From Heptranchias perlo (Eukaryota): 64,000 nucleotides of DNA. The position numbers and the translations under genes are program-made. The stretch is taken from the NCBI RefSeq assembly GCF_035084215.1, contig NC_090336.1:20708001-20772000 (forward strand), written 5' to 3'. The notes beneath the pieces are model-generated. The model had not been told where the DNA came from. It saw only the letters and a program-made list of their open reading frames with translations, and ran no database searches. Within the stretch, counting starts at the first letter, position 1, and every line of letters begins with the position of its first letter. Shown piece by piece: positions 23,621 to 35,655 of this stretch.

Positions 23621-24768
23621 ATAATCTTTGGGCTATGATTAGACTAGCTGTGGGAAAAAAAAAAGTAATTTTAGGAACAGAAAAGGTCATTAGGCTCAAC
23701 AAGAGCTGACTGTGTGAATCAGTCCTATTTTCTCATATCCCTTGTATGTACTTTGTTTCTGGATCTGCCTCCTGAGCATGGTCAAGTACTCAATATCTGG
23801 ATCTAAACTAAGGGCCTGGGCTGAGTGTAGTCCGCATATCCAGCACTTCCCATTCCCTATTTCCCCTTCAGTGCTTTCAGACCCCATTTCTCAGTGCACC
23901 CACAACCTAAATTTCACTCCAGTGCACCTACTCCCAGTACTTCCATGCCCCACTAGTCCCATTTAGACAACTCAATGCCCCAGCAGCCTCCTTTATTGCC
24001 CAGTTTTCCCAGTCCCCAATTTACTCTAATCTCCCCCAGTGCTCAGAGAGAGAGAGAAAAAAATGGAAGACAAAGGTTGAGAGGGTGACACAAAGAACTA
24101 CTGAGTGAGGCTACTCTTACAGTAATAAAAAGGTACTTCAATATCCAGAGGAATTACATTACTGAAACCGATATAGTACTTAACAAAATAAACAATTTAA
24201 AAACTTTCCTTATGCTGTTTCTTGTTTGTTTTTCTTGTTCTACCTTCCTTCATATCTGTCTTTATATTTTAAATTCTATAGTGTTTTTCCTTCTCTGTGA
24301 GCTTGTATTTTGCCTGAATTTTTATTTATTTATGCTTTAAACCCCAATCTTTCTCCTGTGCCTCCACTACCCTCTACTCAGTTGGAACTCACATCTCTTG
24401 AATTCAGTCCCTGGTCGGGTGAAAATCCATTCCAAATGGCAATCTTTCAGACAATCAGAAGACTGAATATTAAAGTTGATCTGGCCCCATCATCAAATCA
24501 CAATTTGACTTCCTTTTTTGGGTTGCCCGTCTGTTATCCAACCGAACAATACCAGCTTCTCTTCATACTATGTTTACTTTACACTGTCATATCTTTCTTA
24601 TATGTTAACGCATTGTTCTTAATGTTTGCACTATATATGGGTGCAATTACAAGATTTATATGAAGAAAAAAGTATTGTATTGGAGCATCTATGAGTTAGT
24701 ACATCCTTTCTCTCCTGCATATTGAACTGTAGCTGTCTGCATTGCTGACAAATGCTTTCCGTTAGTAG

Positions 24769-24889
24769 GTCTCGGTTCAGGAATATATTGGGTGTAAACC
24801 CAGTGACCATCCGGCACCAAACAGGTCACAGAACACAGAGAGCAGTTGTTCGACACCAGAACCAGTACAAGACAACTCATCTGATGAGG
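24769..24889 (+). CDS. OSBPL5: OSBPL5 exon, Ser/Pro-rich linker
   Basis: gttagtag|...|gtaggt; VSVQEYIGCKPSDHPAPNRSQNTESSCSTPEPVQDNSSDE(G) resembles ORP5 SQATESSGSTPE; phase 0-1. Confidence 0.8.
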
Positions 24890-25169
24890 GTAGGTGCTCT
24901 ATTTCCCTGAATGCTCAGAATGAACTCTTGATATGGTGGCACATTACCAGGTCCTACGTTATTGGAAGACAATTAGGCTGAAAGATCCATTACCTGAGCC
25001 AAGTACAGATTTACATCAGGTTTAGGGCCTCCCAGTGGCAATCACTTGCCATCACCCAAGATGTATGATGGTTAACCTGCAAGGGACAACCTTCCCAAAA
25101 CATTTAAGGAAATTGAGCATAATCAACTGTAAAAATAGGCTGAGGACCTCCAGGGGTAAACACACCGCT

Positions 25170-25710
25170 CAGTTCCACACTAGGCAATGCATGCCAGAAA
25201 AGTCTTGTCTATTTTGTGCTGAGTTAGTTGATCTCAGCCAGGGCAAGAATTGGTGAGTTACAGTTGGCCCTGGTTTAGGGAAGGGAACAGTCAGCCAGGG
25301 TTCCTAGTCCTGATCTCTATCCAGTGACCCCCTGGAAAATGCATGTGTGTGTTTTGGGTGAGGACACGATCAGGATCAATTTTGATGGTCCCCATAAATG
25401 AACAGCCTGCTTACAATAGGTTATATTTTCCTCAGGGGTTCACCCATCTTTCGTCATAACTTCAGCGGAAACCCCTTAGAAACAATGTTAACAGCTCTTT
25501 ACACCATTCCTTCGGAGTTTCTGCGTATCTGCTGCCAAAGTTACAGTGGGAGATCAGGAGAATCCCCTTAGAAATTATACCCCAATGTCTAGGCTCACAT
25601 GTGAAGAATGGGTAGCCAGGGCAAGGCAATGAGGGACTCCTAGCGCCCACAGAAATTGACCCAGAAAAAGTGAATACCTTCAGGCAAGAGGAGGTCTAAA
25701 GGGAGAAAAA
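25170..25710 (+). mobile_element. AmnSINE2-like SINE with ~175-bp foreign insert
   Basis: SINE colinearity breaks at aacagcctgc (25410) and resumes at tgtctaggctcacatgtgaagaatgg (25586). Confidence 0.6.
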
Positions 25711-26199
25711 TCGAAAACTAAATAAGTTTGATGGCCGTGCAGTTGGAATCTCAGATTATGGCAATTACTTCTAGCCTTTGGTTTGATCTCTGGGAGACAA
25801 ATAGTAATGAATTTGGCAACAAAATACTGCATGGCCTGATCCCTAAGTGCTAAAACACAGTAGGCCGTGATCAGCCTGGCTCTCGGTGTAAACCCATGGC
25901 TTTTTAGCCTCCTTGTTCAGGTGGGTGGAAAACTCACATTCTCAGTTCCTCAAACCTGGATGTGATTCCCAGGGTCAGGTTATTCATTCACAGTGTTACA
26001 ATGGGCCTCTCAATCACTATGCTACCAGTCCAGTTGGATACACTAGTGCAGTATGGAAGACAAAGTAGCATTGGTTTGGTTTGGAGTTATAGAACGAAGG
26101 GCATCCTCTCCAAAAACAAAGAACACATGGAGTTAATACGGATATCTAACCTGGCAGTGGACCTGAATGCTACATTATATTTATTCTGTATGTAAAAAC

Positions 26200-27485
26200 C
26201 CCAACAAGAGAGGAAGAACTGCTGGATCTAGTAATAGAAAATGAACCATAACAGATAAGAGAAGCAAGCATAGGGGATCATCTAGGCAATAGCAATCACA
26301 ACATAATACAGTTTAAGATAAAGATTGAGAAAGACATAAAAAAGACCAAAGTAAGAAATTGGAAAAAAGCCAATTTTCCAAGGGATGAGAATGGAACTAG
26401 GGAAAATAAACTGGAAAAAATTACTGATAAACAAAGAAATAGAACAGCAGTGGGAAACATTTAAAACGGTGATCACTAGAGTCCAAGAGAAATATATCCC
26501 ATTTAAAAAGCAAGAAAAAACTAGCCATTAATGGTACACCATGGATGAATAAAGAAATAAGGGCAAAATTGAAACTAAAGAAAAAGGCATACACTAAAGG
26601 AGAGGATGACAAAAGGGAATACGAAAAGGTTAGGAAAGAAGTCAAAAAAATTAGGAAGGCAAAAGAGAAACTACGAAATTAAATTATCAAGGAATATAAA
26701 GAAATAGTAAAGTATTCTACAGACACATAAATAACTAAAGAAAAATCAGGATAGGGCCACTAAGGGATACATACGATAAACTCATAGGTAATGACAGCGA
26801 AATGGCAGAAATATTGAATAATTACTTTGGCTCAGTATTTACCAGGGAGACTAACATGGTGGGCATGACATATGAGGAGATCAAAAAAGATGTTAAAACA
26901 TTTAAGATAGAAAGGGATAATTGATAAACTAATCAAATTTAGGGAGGATGGTATTCGCACATATTAAAAAGAAGTTAAGGAAGAGATAGCAGAGGCACTA
27001 TCAGATATATATAAAAATTCATTAGAAAAGGGAATAGTGCCAGAGGACTGGCAAACAGCTAATGTGATTCCTATATTTAAAAAAATAGAATCAGTCCAGG
27101 GAACTATAGACTAATTAGCTTAACGTCAGTGGTAGGAAAGATAATGAAATCCTTACTCAAAGATGTAATAGAAAAACATCTAGAAACCAAAAATATAACA
27201 GAGTAGTCAGCACGGATTTCAAAAGGAAAGGTCATGCTTGACCAATCTTATTGAATTCTTTGAAGAAGTAACAAAAAGGGTAGACAAGGGTCCAAGGAGT
27301 AGATGAGGCAACTAGCCTAGATGCATTTAAAGGGAAGCTAGATAAACACATGAGGGAGAAAGGAATAGAAGGATATGCTGATAGGGTCAGATGAAGTAGA
27401 GAGGGAAAAGGCTCATGTGGAGCATAAATACTGGCATGGACCTGTTGGGCCAAATGGCCTGCTTCTGTGTTGTACATTCTATGTA
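26200..27485 (+). mobile_element. AT-rich CR1 LINE, internally deleted
   Basis: LDLV, NWKKANF, VPEDWQTANVIPIFKK, SQHGF, CLTNLIEFFEEVT, then a jump at ~27290 to the 3' UTR. Confidence 0.85.
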
Positions 27486-28279
27486 ATTAATTATACAGTT
27501 TAAAAAGATGCAGTCTAGACCCGTTACATATCAAAATTGGAAACTTCATGGCAGACTTCTGTTAGTGCCAACCTCAAGCTCATAACATCAGCTACAGTTA
27601 GAGCTGGCTCCTCTTGCATTTTAGCAGAATCTAAGGGCAATCTAATAGCTCTTCACCAAAGAGGAAATGGTTGAATCCAGGTTAATGCATACACTCTGTA
27701 TGAGACACAAAGTGGCTATACACTGGGGAGTGCTTGGATGAAGCCCAATAATGAGCTCAACTCTTACTCCCACCACATGAATGTAAGTCAGAGAGGCTGG
27801 AAGAATTCAAAATCTGGCATTCACTGCAAGAACAAATCCTGCTTTATCCTGTAAACAAAAGAAACAGAGCATGAGATGTTTCCATGTAATATAGGAGGGG
27901 AAGTGTCAAAGGCTCACACTCCTGCTATGTTAAGTAATACTTCTAAAACAGAGCCAATAGGTATCTGGTTCAGGATGGGATCGAAGGTCTATGGATAAAT
28001 ACAGATAGAGGCTGTATTTACACTGAAAAGCTGCTGGTAGCCCTAACTTTAGAGGCAGCACTGAAATGTAAATGTGGCAGTGTCTGTCTCTCTAGCGCTG
28101 TGTGATTTTTTTTTTTGTGTGTATGTGTCACTAGAGGTACAATGCTGGTGGTGGAGAACATAAAAGGCTGCCACCAACCACTGAATGCTCAGCCCACTTG
28201 TACCTGCCGAGCACTCAACACACTCCCCTGATAGCTCAAGTATAGGCCCAATTCATTGTTTCACTGTTATAAAGGCCAT

Positions 28280-31200
28280 AAGTTAGAATCATAGCAGCGT
28301 TACAGAAGGCAGCCATTTGACCCATTGAGCTTGTGCTGGCTCTTTGTAAGAGCAATCCAGTTAGTCCCATTCCCCCACTCTTTCGCCGTAGCCCTGAAAA
28401 TTCTGCCACCCCTGCCCCCCCCACCTTTAAATATTTATCCAATTCCTTTTCGAAAGCCACAGTTGAAAGCCACCACCCTTTCAGGCAGTGCATTCCAGAT
28501 CCTAACTACTCACTGTGTTATTCCTCATGTCGCCTTTGTTTCTTTTGCCAATCACCTTAAATCTGTGTCCTCTGGTTCTCGACCCTTCCACCAATGGGAA
28601 CAATTTCTCTTTATTTACTTTATCGAAACCCTTCAAGATTTTGAACACTTCTATCAAATCTCCTCTAAGGAGAGCAACCCCAGTTTCTCCAGTCTATCCA
28701 CCTAACTGAAGTCCCTCATCCCTGGGACCATTCTAGTAAATCTTTTCTGCACCTTCTCTAAGGCCTTCACATCCTTCCTAAAGGGCAGTGCCCAGAATTG
28801 GACTGCAGTTATGGCCAAAGCAGTGTTTTATAAAGGTTCAACGTAACTTCCTTGCTTTTGTACTCTATGCCTCTATTTATAAAGCCCAGAATCCTGTATG
28901 CTTTTTTAACCGCTTTCTCAACCTGTCCTGCCACCTTCGAAGGTTTGTGTCCTAATCTCTCTGTTCCTGCACCCCCTTTAGAATTGTATCATTTAGTTTA
29001 TATTGGCTTTCTTCGTTCTTCCTACCAAAATGTATCACTTCGCTGCATTAAATTTATTCTGCCATATGTTCGCCCATTTCACCAGCCTGTCTATGTTCAA
29101 GAAAGTTCAGAGGAGAAGTGAAGGAGGAAATTAGAGGGGCAAAGAGAGAGTATGAGAATAGACTGGCGGCTAACATAAAAGGGAATCCAAAAGTCTTCTA
29201 CAGGCATGTAAACAGTAAACGAGTAGTAAGAGGAGGGGTGGGGCCGATTAGGGACCACAAAGGAGATCTCCTCATGGAGGCAGAAGGGATGGCCGAGGTA
29301 CTAAATGAGTACTTAGCATCTGTCTTTACCAAGGAAGAAGATGCTGCCAGAGTCTCAGTAAAGGAAGATAGTGGAGATACTGGATGGGCTAAAAATTCAT
29401 AAAGGAGAGGTACTAGAAAGGCTGGCTGTACTTAAAGTAGATAAGTCACCTGGTCCAGAAGGGATGCATCCTAGGTTGCTGAGGGAAGTAAGGGTGGAAA
29501 TTGCTGAGCTACTGGCCATAATCTTCCAAACATCCGTAGATACGGGGGGTGGTGCCAGAGGACTGGAGCATTGCAAATGTTACACCCTTGTTCGAAAAAG
29601 GGTGTAAAGATAAACCCAGCAACTATAGGCCAGTCAGTGGTGGGAAAACTTTTAGGAATGATAATCTAGGACAGACTTAACAGTCACTTGGACGATTGTG
29701 GATTGATTAGGAAAAGCCAGCTTGGATTTGTTAAAGGCAAATTTTGTTTAACTAACTCGATAGAGGGTAACAGAGATGGTAGATGAGGGCAATGCAATTG
29801 ATGTGCTGTATATGGACTTTCAAAAGACGTTTGATAAAGTGCCGCACGGTAGGCTTATCATCAAGATTGCGGCCCATGGAATAAAGGGGGCAGTAGCAAC
29901 ATGGATACAGAATTGGCTAAGGGACAGGAAACAGACAGTAGTGGTGAACAGTTGTTTTTCGGACTAGAGGGAGGTGTACAGTGGTGTTCCCCAGGGGTCG
30001 GTGCTGGTATATATTAATGACTTGGACTTGGGTGTACACGGCACAATTTCAAAATTTGCAGATGACACAAAACTTGGAAGGGTAGTAAACAGTGAGGAGG
30101 ATAGTGATAGACTTCAAGAGGATATAGACAGATTGGTGGCATGGCCGGACACGTGGCAGATGAAATGTAACAAAGAAAAATTCGAAGTGATACATTTCAT
30201 TAAGAAGAACAAGGAGAGGTAATATAACCTAGAGGACACAACAATAAAAGGGATACAGGAACAGAGAGATCTGGGGGTATATGTGCACAAATCGTTGAAG
30301 GTGGCAGGGCAGGTTGAGAAAGCGGTTAAAAAAGCATACGGGAGCCTGGGCTTTATAAATAGAGGCATAGAGTACAAAGTATGGAAGTCATGATGAACCT
30401 TTATAAAACACTGGTTTGGCCACAACTGGAGTATTGTGTCCAGTTTTGCGCACTGCACTTTAGGAAAGATGTGAAGGCCGTAGAGAGGGTGCAGAAGTGA
30501 TTTACTACAATGATTTTGGGGATGAGGGACTTTAGTGACGTGGATAGGCTGGAGAAGCCGAGGTTGTTTTCCTTGGAACAGAGATGGTTGCGAGGAGATT
30601 TGATAGAGGTTTTCAAAATCATGAAGGATCTGGACAGAGTAGATGGAGAGAAACTGTTCCCATTGGCGGAAGGGTCAAGAACCAGAGGACATAGATTTAA
30701 GGTGATTGGCAAAAGAACCAAAGGTGACATGAGGGAAAACTTTTTTTTAAAAAAAAAACACAGCGAGTGGTTAGGATCTGGAATGCACTGCCCGAGGGGG
30801 TGGTGGAGGCAGATTCAATCATGGCCTTCAAAAAGCTACTGGATAAGCACTTGGAAAAAAAAATGTAGGGCTATGGGGATAGGGTAGGGTGGGGGAGTGG
30901 GACTAGCTGGATTGCTCTTGCATAGAGCAGGTGCGGACTCTTTGGGCCGAATGCCCTCCTTCCGTGCTGTAACCTTTCTATCATTCTATGTCCTCTTGAA
31001 GTCTAATACTATCCTCCTCACTGTTTACTACCCTTCCAAGTTTTATGTCATCTGCAAATTTTGAAATTGTGCCCTGTACAAGTCCAAGTCATTAATGTAT
31101 ATCAAAAAAAGCAGTGGTCCTAATACTGACCCCTGGGGAACACCACTGTATACCTTCCTCCAGTCCGAAAAACAACCGTTCACCACTACTCTCTGTTTCC

Positions 31201-34200
31201 TGTCCCTTAGCCAATTTCATATTCATGCTGCCACTGCCCCTTTTATTCCCTGGGCTTCAATTTTGCTGACAAGCCTATTAAGTGGCATTTTATCAAACGC
31301 CTTTTGAAAGTCCATATACATAGCATCAACTGCATTGTCCTCATCTACCCTCTCTGTTACCTCATCAAAAAACTCAATCAAATTAGTTAAATACGATTTG
31401 CCTTTAATAAATCAGTGCTGGCTTTCCTTTATTAATCCACAGTTGCCCAAGTGACTATTAATTCTGTCTCGGATTATTGTTTCTAAAAGCTTTCCCACCA
31501 TCGAGGTTAAACTGACTGGCCTGTAGTTGCCGGGTTTATCCTTATACCCTTTTTTGAACAAGGGTATAACGTTTGCAATTCTCCTCTGGCACCACCCCCA
31601 AATCTAAGGAAAATTATGGCCAGCACCTCTGCAATTTCCACCCTTACTTCCCTCAGCAACCTAGGATGCATCCCATCTGGACTGGGTGACTTATTTTCTT
31701 GAACCATCGCCAACCTTTCTAGTACCTCCATCAATTTTCACCCCATCCAGTATCTCAACTACTTCCTCTTTTACTGTGACTTTGGCAGCATCTTCTTCCT
31801 TGGTAAAGTACTCATTTAGTACCTCAGCCATGCCCTCTGCTTCCATGTGTAGATCTCCTTTTTGGTCCCTAATCTGTCCCACCCCTCCTCTTACTACCTG
31901 TTTACTATTTACATGCCTATAGAAGACTTTTGAATTCCTTCTTATATTAACCGCCAGCCTATTCTCATACTCTGTCTTTGCCCCTCTTATTTCCTTTTTC
32001 ACTTCTCCGTACTTTCTAAATTCAGCCTGGTTCTACTTGTATTATCAACCTGATATCTGTCATACGCCCACTTTTTCTGCTTCATCTTACTCTCTGTCTC
32101 TTTCGTCATCCAGGGAACTCTGGCTTTGGTTGCCCTATCTTCCCCCCCTCATGGGAATGTACCTAGACTGTACCCGAACCAGGTCCTCTTTAAAGGCTGC
32201 CCCATTGTTCGATTACAGTTTTGCCTGCCAATCTTTGATTCCAATTTACCCGGGCCAGATCCATTCTCAACCCATTGAAATTGGCCCTTCTCCAATTAAG
32301 TATTTTTACTCTAGGTTGCTCCTTGTCCTTTTCCATAATTAATCTAAACCTTATGATACTATGTTCACTGCTCCCTAAATGTTGCCCCCATTCCTCAGAA
32401 CCAGATCCAGCAATGCCTCCTTCCTCGTTGGGCCAGAAACATACTGATCAAGAAAGTTCTCCTGAACACTTCAGAAATTCCTCCCCCTCTTTGCCCTTTA
32501 CACTATTACTAGCCCAGTCTATATTAGGATAGTTGAAGTCCTCTATAATCACTACAATTATGGTTCTTGCACCTCTCTAATTTCCCTGCAAATTTGCTCC
32601 TCTATATCCTGCCCACTAATTGGTGGTCTATAGAATACACGCAGTAGTGCAATGGCACCTCTATTGTTTCTTAACTCTAATCAAATAGATTCTTTCCTTG
32701 ACCACTCATGGACATCCTCTCTCTCCCCCCAACACTGCAATATGCTCCTTAATCAATACTGCCACCTCCCCCCCTCCTTTTTTACCTTCCCGAAACACCT
32801 TGCATCCAGGAATATTTAGTACCCAATCCCACCCTTTCTTGAGCCACGACATCATATTCCCATGTGGCTATTTGTGCTTGCAGCTCCCCAACCTTATTTA
32901 TCACGCTTCATGCATTTACACACATGCACTCTAAACCTATCTTTAACCTTCTCACATTCTCTTAGTCTGATCCCTCCTAATACTGTACAATTTCTTAGTC
33001 TCGTGCTATCTGTCTCTCCCAATCCTTGTGCACCTTGTTTCTCCTTTCTAATGCTGCACCCTGGTACCTATCCCCCAGCCAAATTAGTTTAAACATTCCC
33101 CCACAGCACTAGTGAACATCAATGAGGACATTGGTCCCAACTCTGTTGAGGTGCAATCTGTTCATCTTGAACAGGTCATTCCTGCCCCAGAACTGGTCCC
33201 AATGCCCCAAGAAACTAAAGCCCCCCTGCCTGCACCATGTCTCTAACCAAGTATTAACCTGCCTTATCTTCCTATTTCTGTACTCACTTGCACATGGCAC
33301 TTTTGAGCTCCTGCTTTTTAATTTCTTCTCTAGCTTCTGAAACTCTGACCGCAGAACCTCATCCCTTTTCTTTCCTATGTCATTGGTACCTACATGGACC
33401 ACGACTTCTGCCTGTTCCCCTTCCCCCCACAGAATGTTCTGCACCCTCTCCACGATGTCCTTTACCCTGGCACCAGGGAGGCAACACACCATGTGGGACT
33501 CATGTCAGTGGTCACAGAAATGCCTATTTGTCCCCTGACTATGGAGTCCCCTGTGACTACTGCATTTCTACACTTCACTGTGCCCCCTGTGCAGTCCTTT
33601 GCCCCATGGTACCATGCTCAGGACTGCACTCCTTCAAGGTGTCATCACCATCACTGGTACCATTTTGAGAGTGGCACACACCCAGAAGATTCCTGCACTG
33701 CCTGCCTCTTCCCACCCTTTTGGATGGCCAAACACTTGCTATCCTGAACTCTCTGTGGCTGTGGGGTGACCACCTCTTGGAACATACGATCCAAGAAACC
33801 TTCAACCTCCCTTATGCTCTGTAGTGACTCCAACTGCCCCACAAGCTCAGAAACCCTCAGCTTGAGCTTGAGTAACTGGAGGCATTTGCTGCACATGTGG
33901 TCCTCCAGGACACATGAAGCATCCTGAAGTTCCCACATGGCACAGGAATTGCAGGCAATGGGTTTCAGCTGCCCGTCCATTATATTTAGAAACCTTTTTT
34001 TTCCCCTATAAACTGCCTTTAGATACTCTTATTATTAATTTACGTACTGTTTACTTACCACGATGAACCTACTCATTTATTCCAGGTCTCTCAGAGCTCT
34101 TCCTCTCTGTTCACTCTCCTTCCCCCTCTGCACCAAATTCTCAAGTTCGCAATCCACTCCATTCACTATGTGCTTCGGTAGATAGTCTTTTACTTTATAC

Positions 34201-34480
34201 ATCTTTAGAGAACAGCAGTTACAACTGCTCAAACAGCTTCCAGCTCACAGTAATTACCCTCTATTCAGACAATCACTTACAGATGATTAACTGCCACTGA
34301 CTTGCAGTTTCTGCTAACTATTACCTAACTTGCAGTTTCTTTTAAAGTTTTAAAGTTCTATGTTAAAATTTAAAGTAAATTTTAATTTCAATTCACCCAC
34401 TACTTTAACAGAGCCCCCTCACCAAATTCTCCAGATCCCACTCTGTTCACAATCCACTCCCTTCGCTCTGTGCTTCAGCT
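28280..34480 (-). mobile_element. Near full-length CR1 LINE (5' UTR, ORF1 zinc-finger/esterase, ORF2 EN-RT), disrupted
   Basis: ORF1 MDGQLKPIACNSCAMWE..HMCSKC and CLPGARVKD..VVVHVGTNDIG (33109-33980); RT motifs 30990-31560; 3' part 28280-29095; split by the nested copy below. Confidence 0.92.
29097..30990 (+). mobile_element. 5'-truncated CR1 nested antisense in the above CR1
   Basis: Plus-strand RT ORFs (YMDFQKTFDKVPH, ISKFADDTKL); tctatgt at both junctions; the host sequence ctgtctatgt|cctcttgaag rejoins on removal. Confidence 0.93.
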
Positions 34481-34830
34481 CTGTTCCTGGTTCAATTCCC
34501 ATTCTGTGCTGGGTTATCTGATCTCAGGTCATTAGTTGGGGTGCTACATTTGGCACACCGGAGCTCTGGAGGAGAAAGATCAGCCAGAGTTTCCACTCTT
34601 GACTGCCATCCAGTGACTTCTGCTGGAGAATGTGTATGCGGGAACACCAAGTGCAGATAGGATCAGGCTTGGTTGTGATTCCCTCTGGAATTGAACAGCC
34701 GCTGACACGTAAGGAATGGGCATTTGGGCAAGGAACTGAAGGGCTGCTGGCACCCATGAAACTGTAACCCAGTAAGACTTGATGCCTTAAGGAGAGCAGG
34801 AGGGAGAATTGGAGAAAGGGAAGAAACTAG
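34480..34830 (+). mobile_element. AmnSINE2-like SINE
   Basis: ctggttcaattccc B-box; tgtgctgggttatctgatctcag; atccagtgacttctgctgga. Confidence 0.6.
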
Positions 34831-34962
34831 GAACAAGTGGAAGTGATTTAATATGCTGTAATGGGGTGGAAAAATGAGGAGACTGAGGCTTAAAATCCAC
34901 TGACCAATTGTTGTATGTTCCTGATGGCTTAGAGCTGATCTGTGATGTGTCGTTTCTTGCAG

Positions 34963-35059
34963 GGTTGCTGTGCCCCAGGTGCAGAAAGGGAATGAATGAG
35001 CTAACAAATATTCACATGGCCATCCAATCCATACAGAGGACACAGCAGGAAATTCACAG
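34963..35059 (+). CDS. OSBPL5: OSBPL5 exon, coiled coil
   Basis: tttcttgcag|...|gtaaag; (G)LLCPRCRKGMNELTNIHMAIQSIQRTQQEIH(R). CPRCRK is an ORP5 feature, not an ORP8 one. Confidence 0.92.
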
Positions 35060-35224
35060 GTAAAGATGCAGGCAGTTAGTGGCATCCTTTAGCACCCTGT
35101 ATCTGTATACAGTGAACAAAAAGAAATGACTCACTCCTGTCATGTACCGTATGGCTCAGTGTCAGCTGGAGTTGCCAACTCTGGTTAAATGTATTCCTGG
35201 GGGTTTGATCATGAGCAATTTGAT

Positions 35225-35655
35225 CATAGAATTGCATAGAATTATATAGAATTTACAGCACATAAACAAGCCATTTGGCCCAACTGGTCTGTGTTGGTGT
35301 TCATGCCTCCTCCCACCCAACTTCATCTAACCCTATCTGCATATCCTTCTATTCCTTTCTCCCTCTTATCTAGCTGTACTTATCTAGCTTCCCCTTAAAG
35401 GCATCTATGCTATTCATCTCAACTACTCCATGTGGTAGCAAGTTCCACATTCTAACCACTCTAGGGCAATTAGAGTAGGAGAATTTTTCTTTCCCAAAAG
35501 CTTGTTGGAGAATGGAATGTTTTGACCAAGGGAATAGTTGAGGCCGAAACCACTGTACGTTTTAAGGGAAATTGGATAAAATTTGAAGCAGTGGGATTAG
35601 TTTTGGATTGCTCTAACAAAGACTGAACCGCCTCCTTCTGTGCTGTAAACTTCTA
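35225..35655. mobile_element. Two CR1 3' fragments in opposite orientations
   Basis: Minus-strand tail at 35225-35460 and plus-strand tail at 35470-35655. Confidence 0.7.

Noticed and set aside
23830-24050. C-rich cccagtgc-type stretch
   Set aside because: Low-complexity decayed simple repeat with no consistent unit.
28280-33980. Twin-priming inversion of a single CR1
   Set aside because: The inner segment duplicates host regions and has its own tail and junction repeat, so it is a separate nested insertion.
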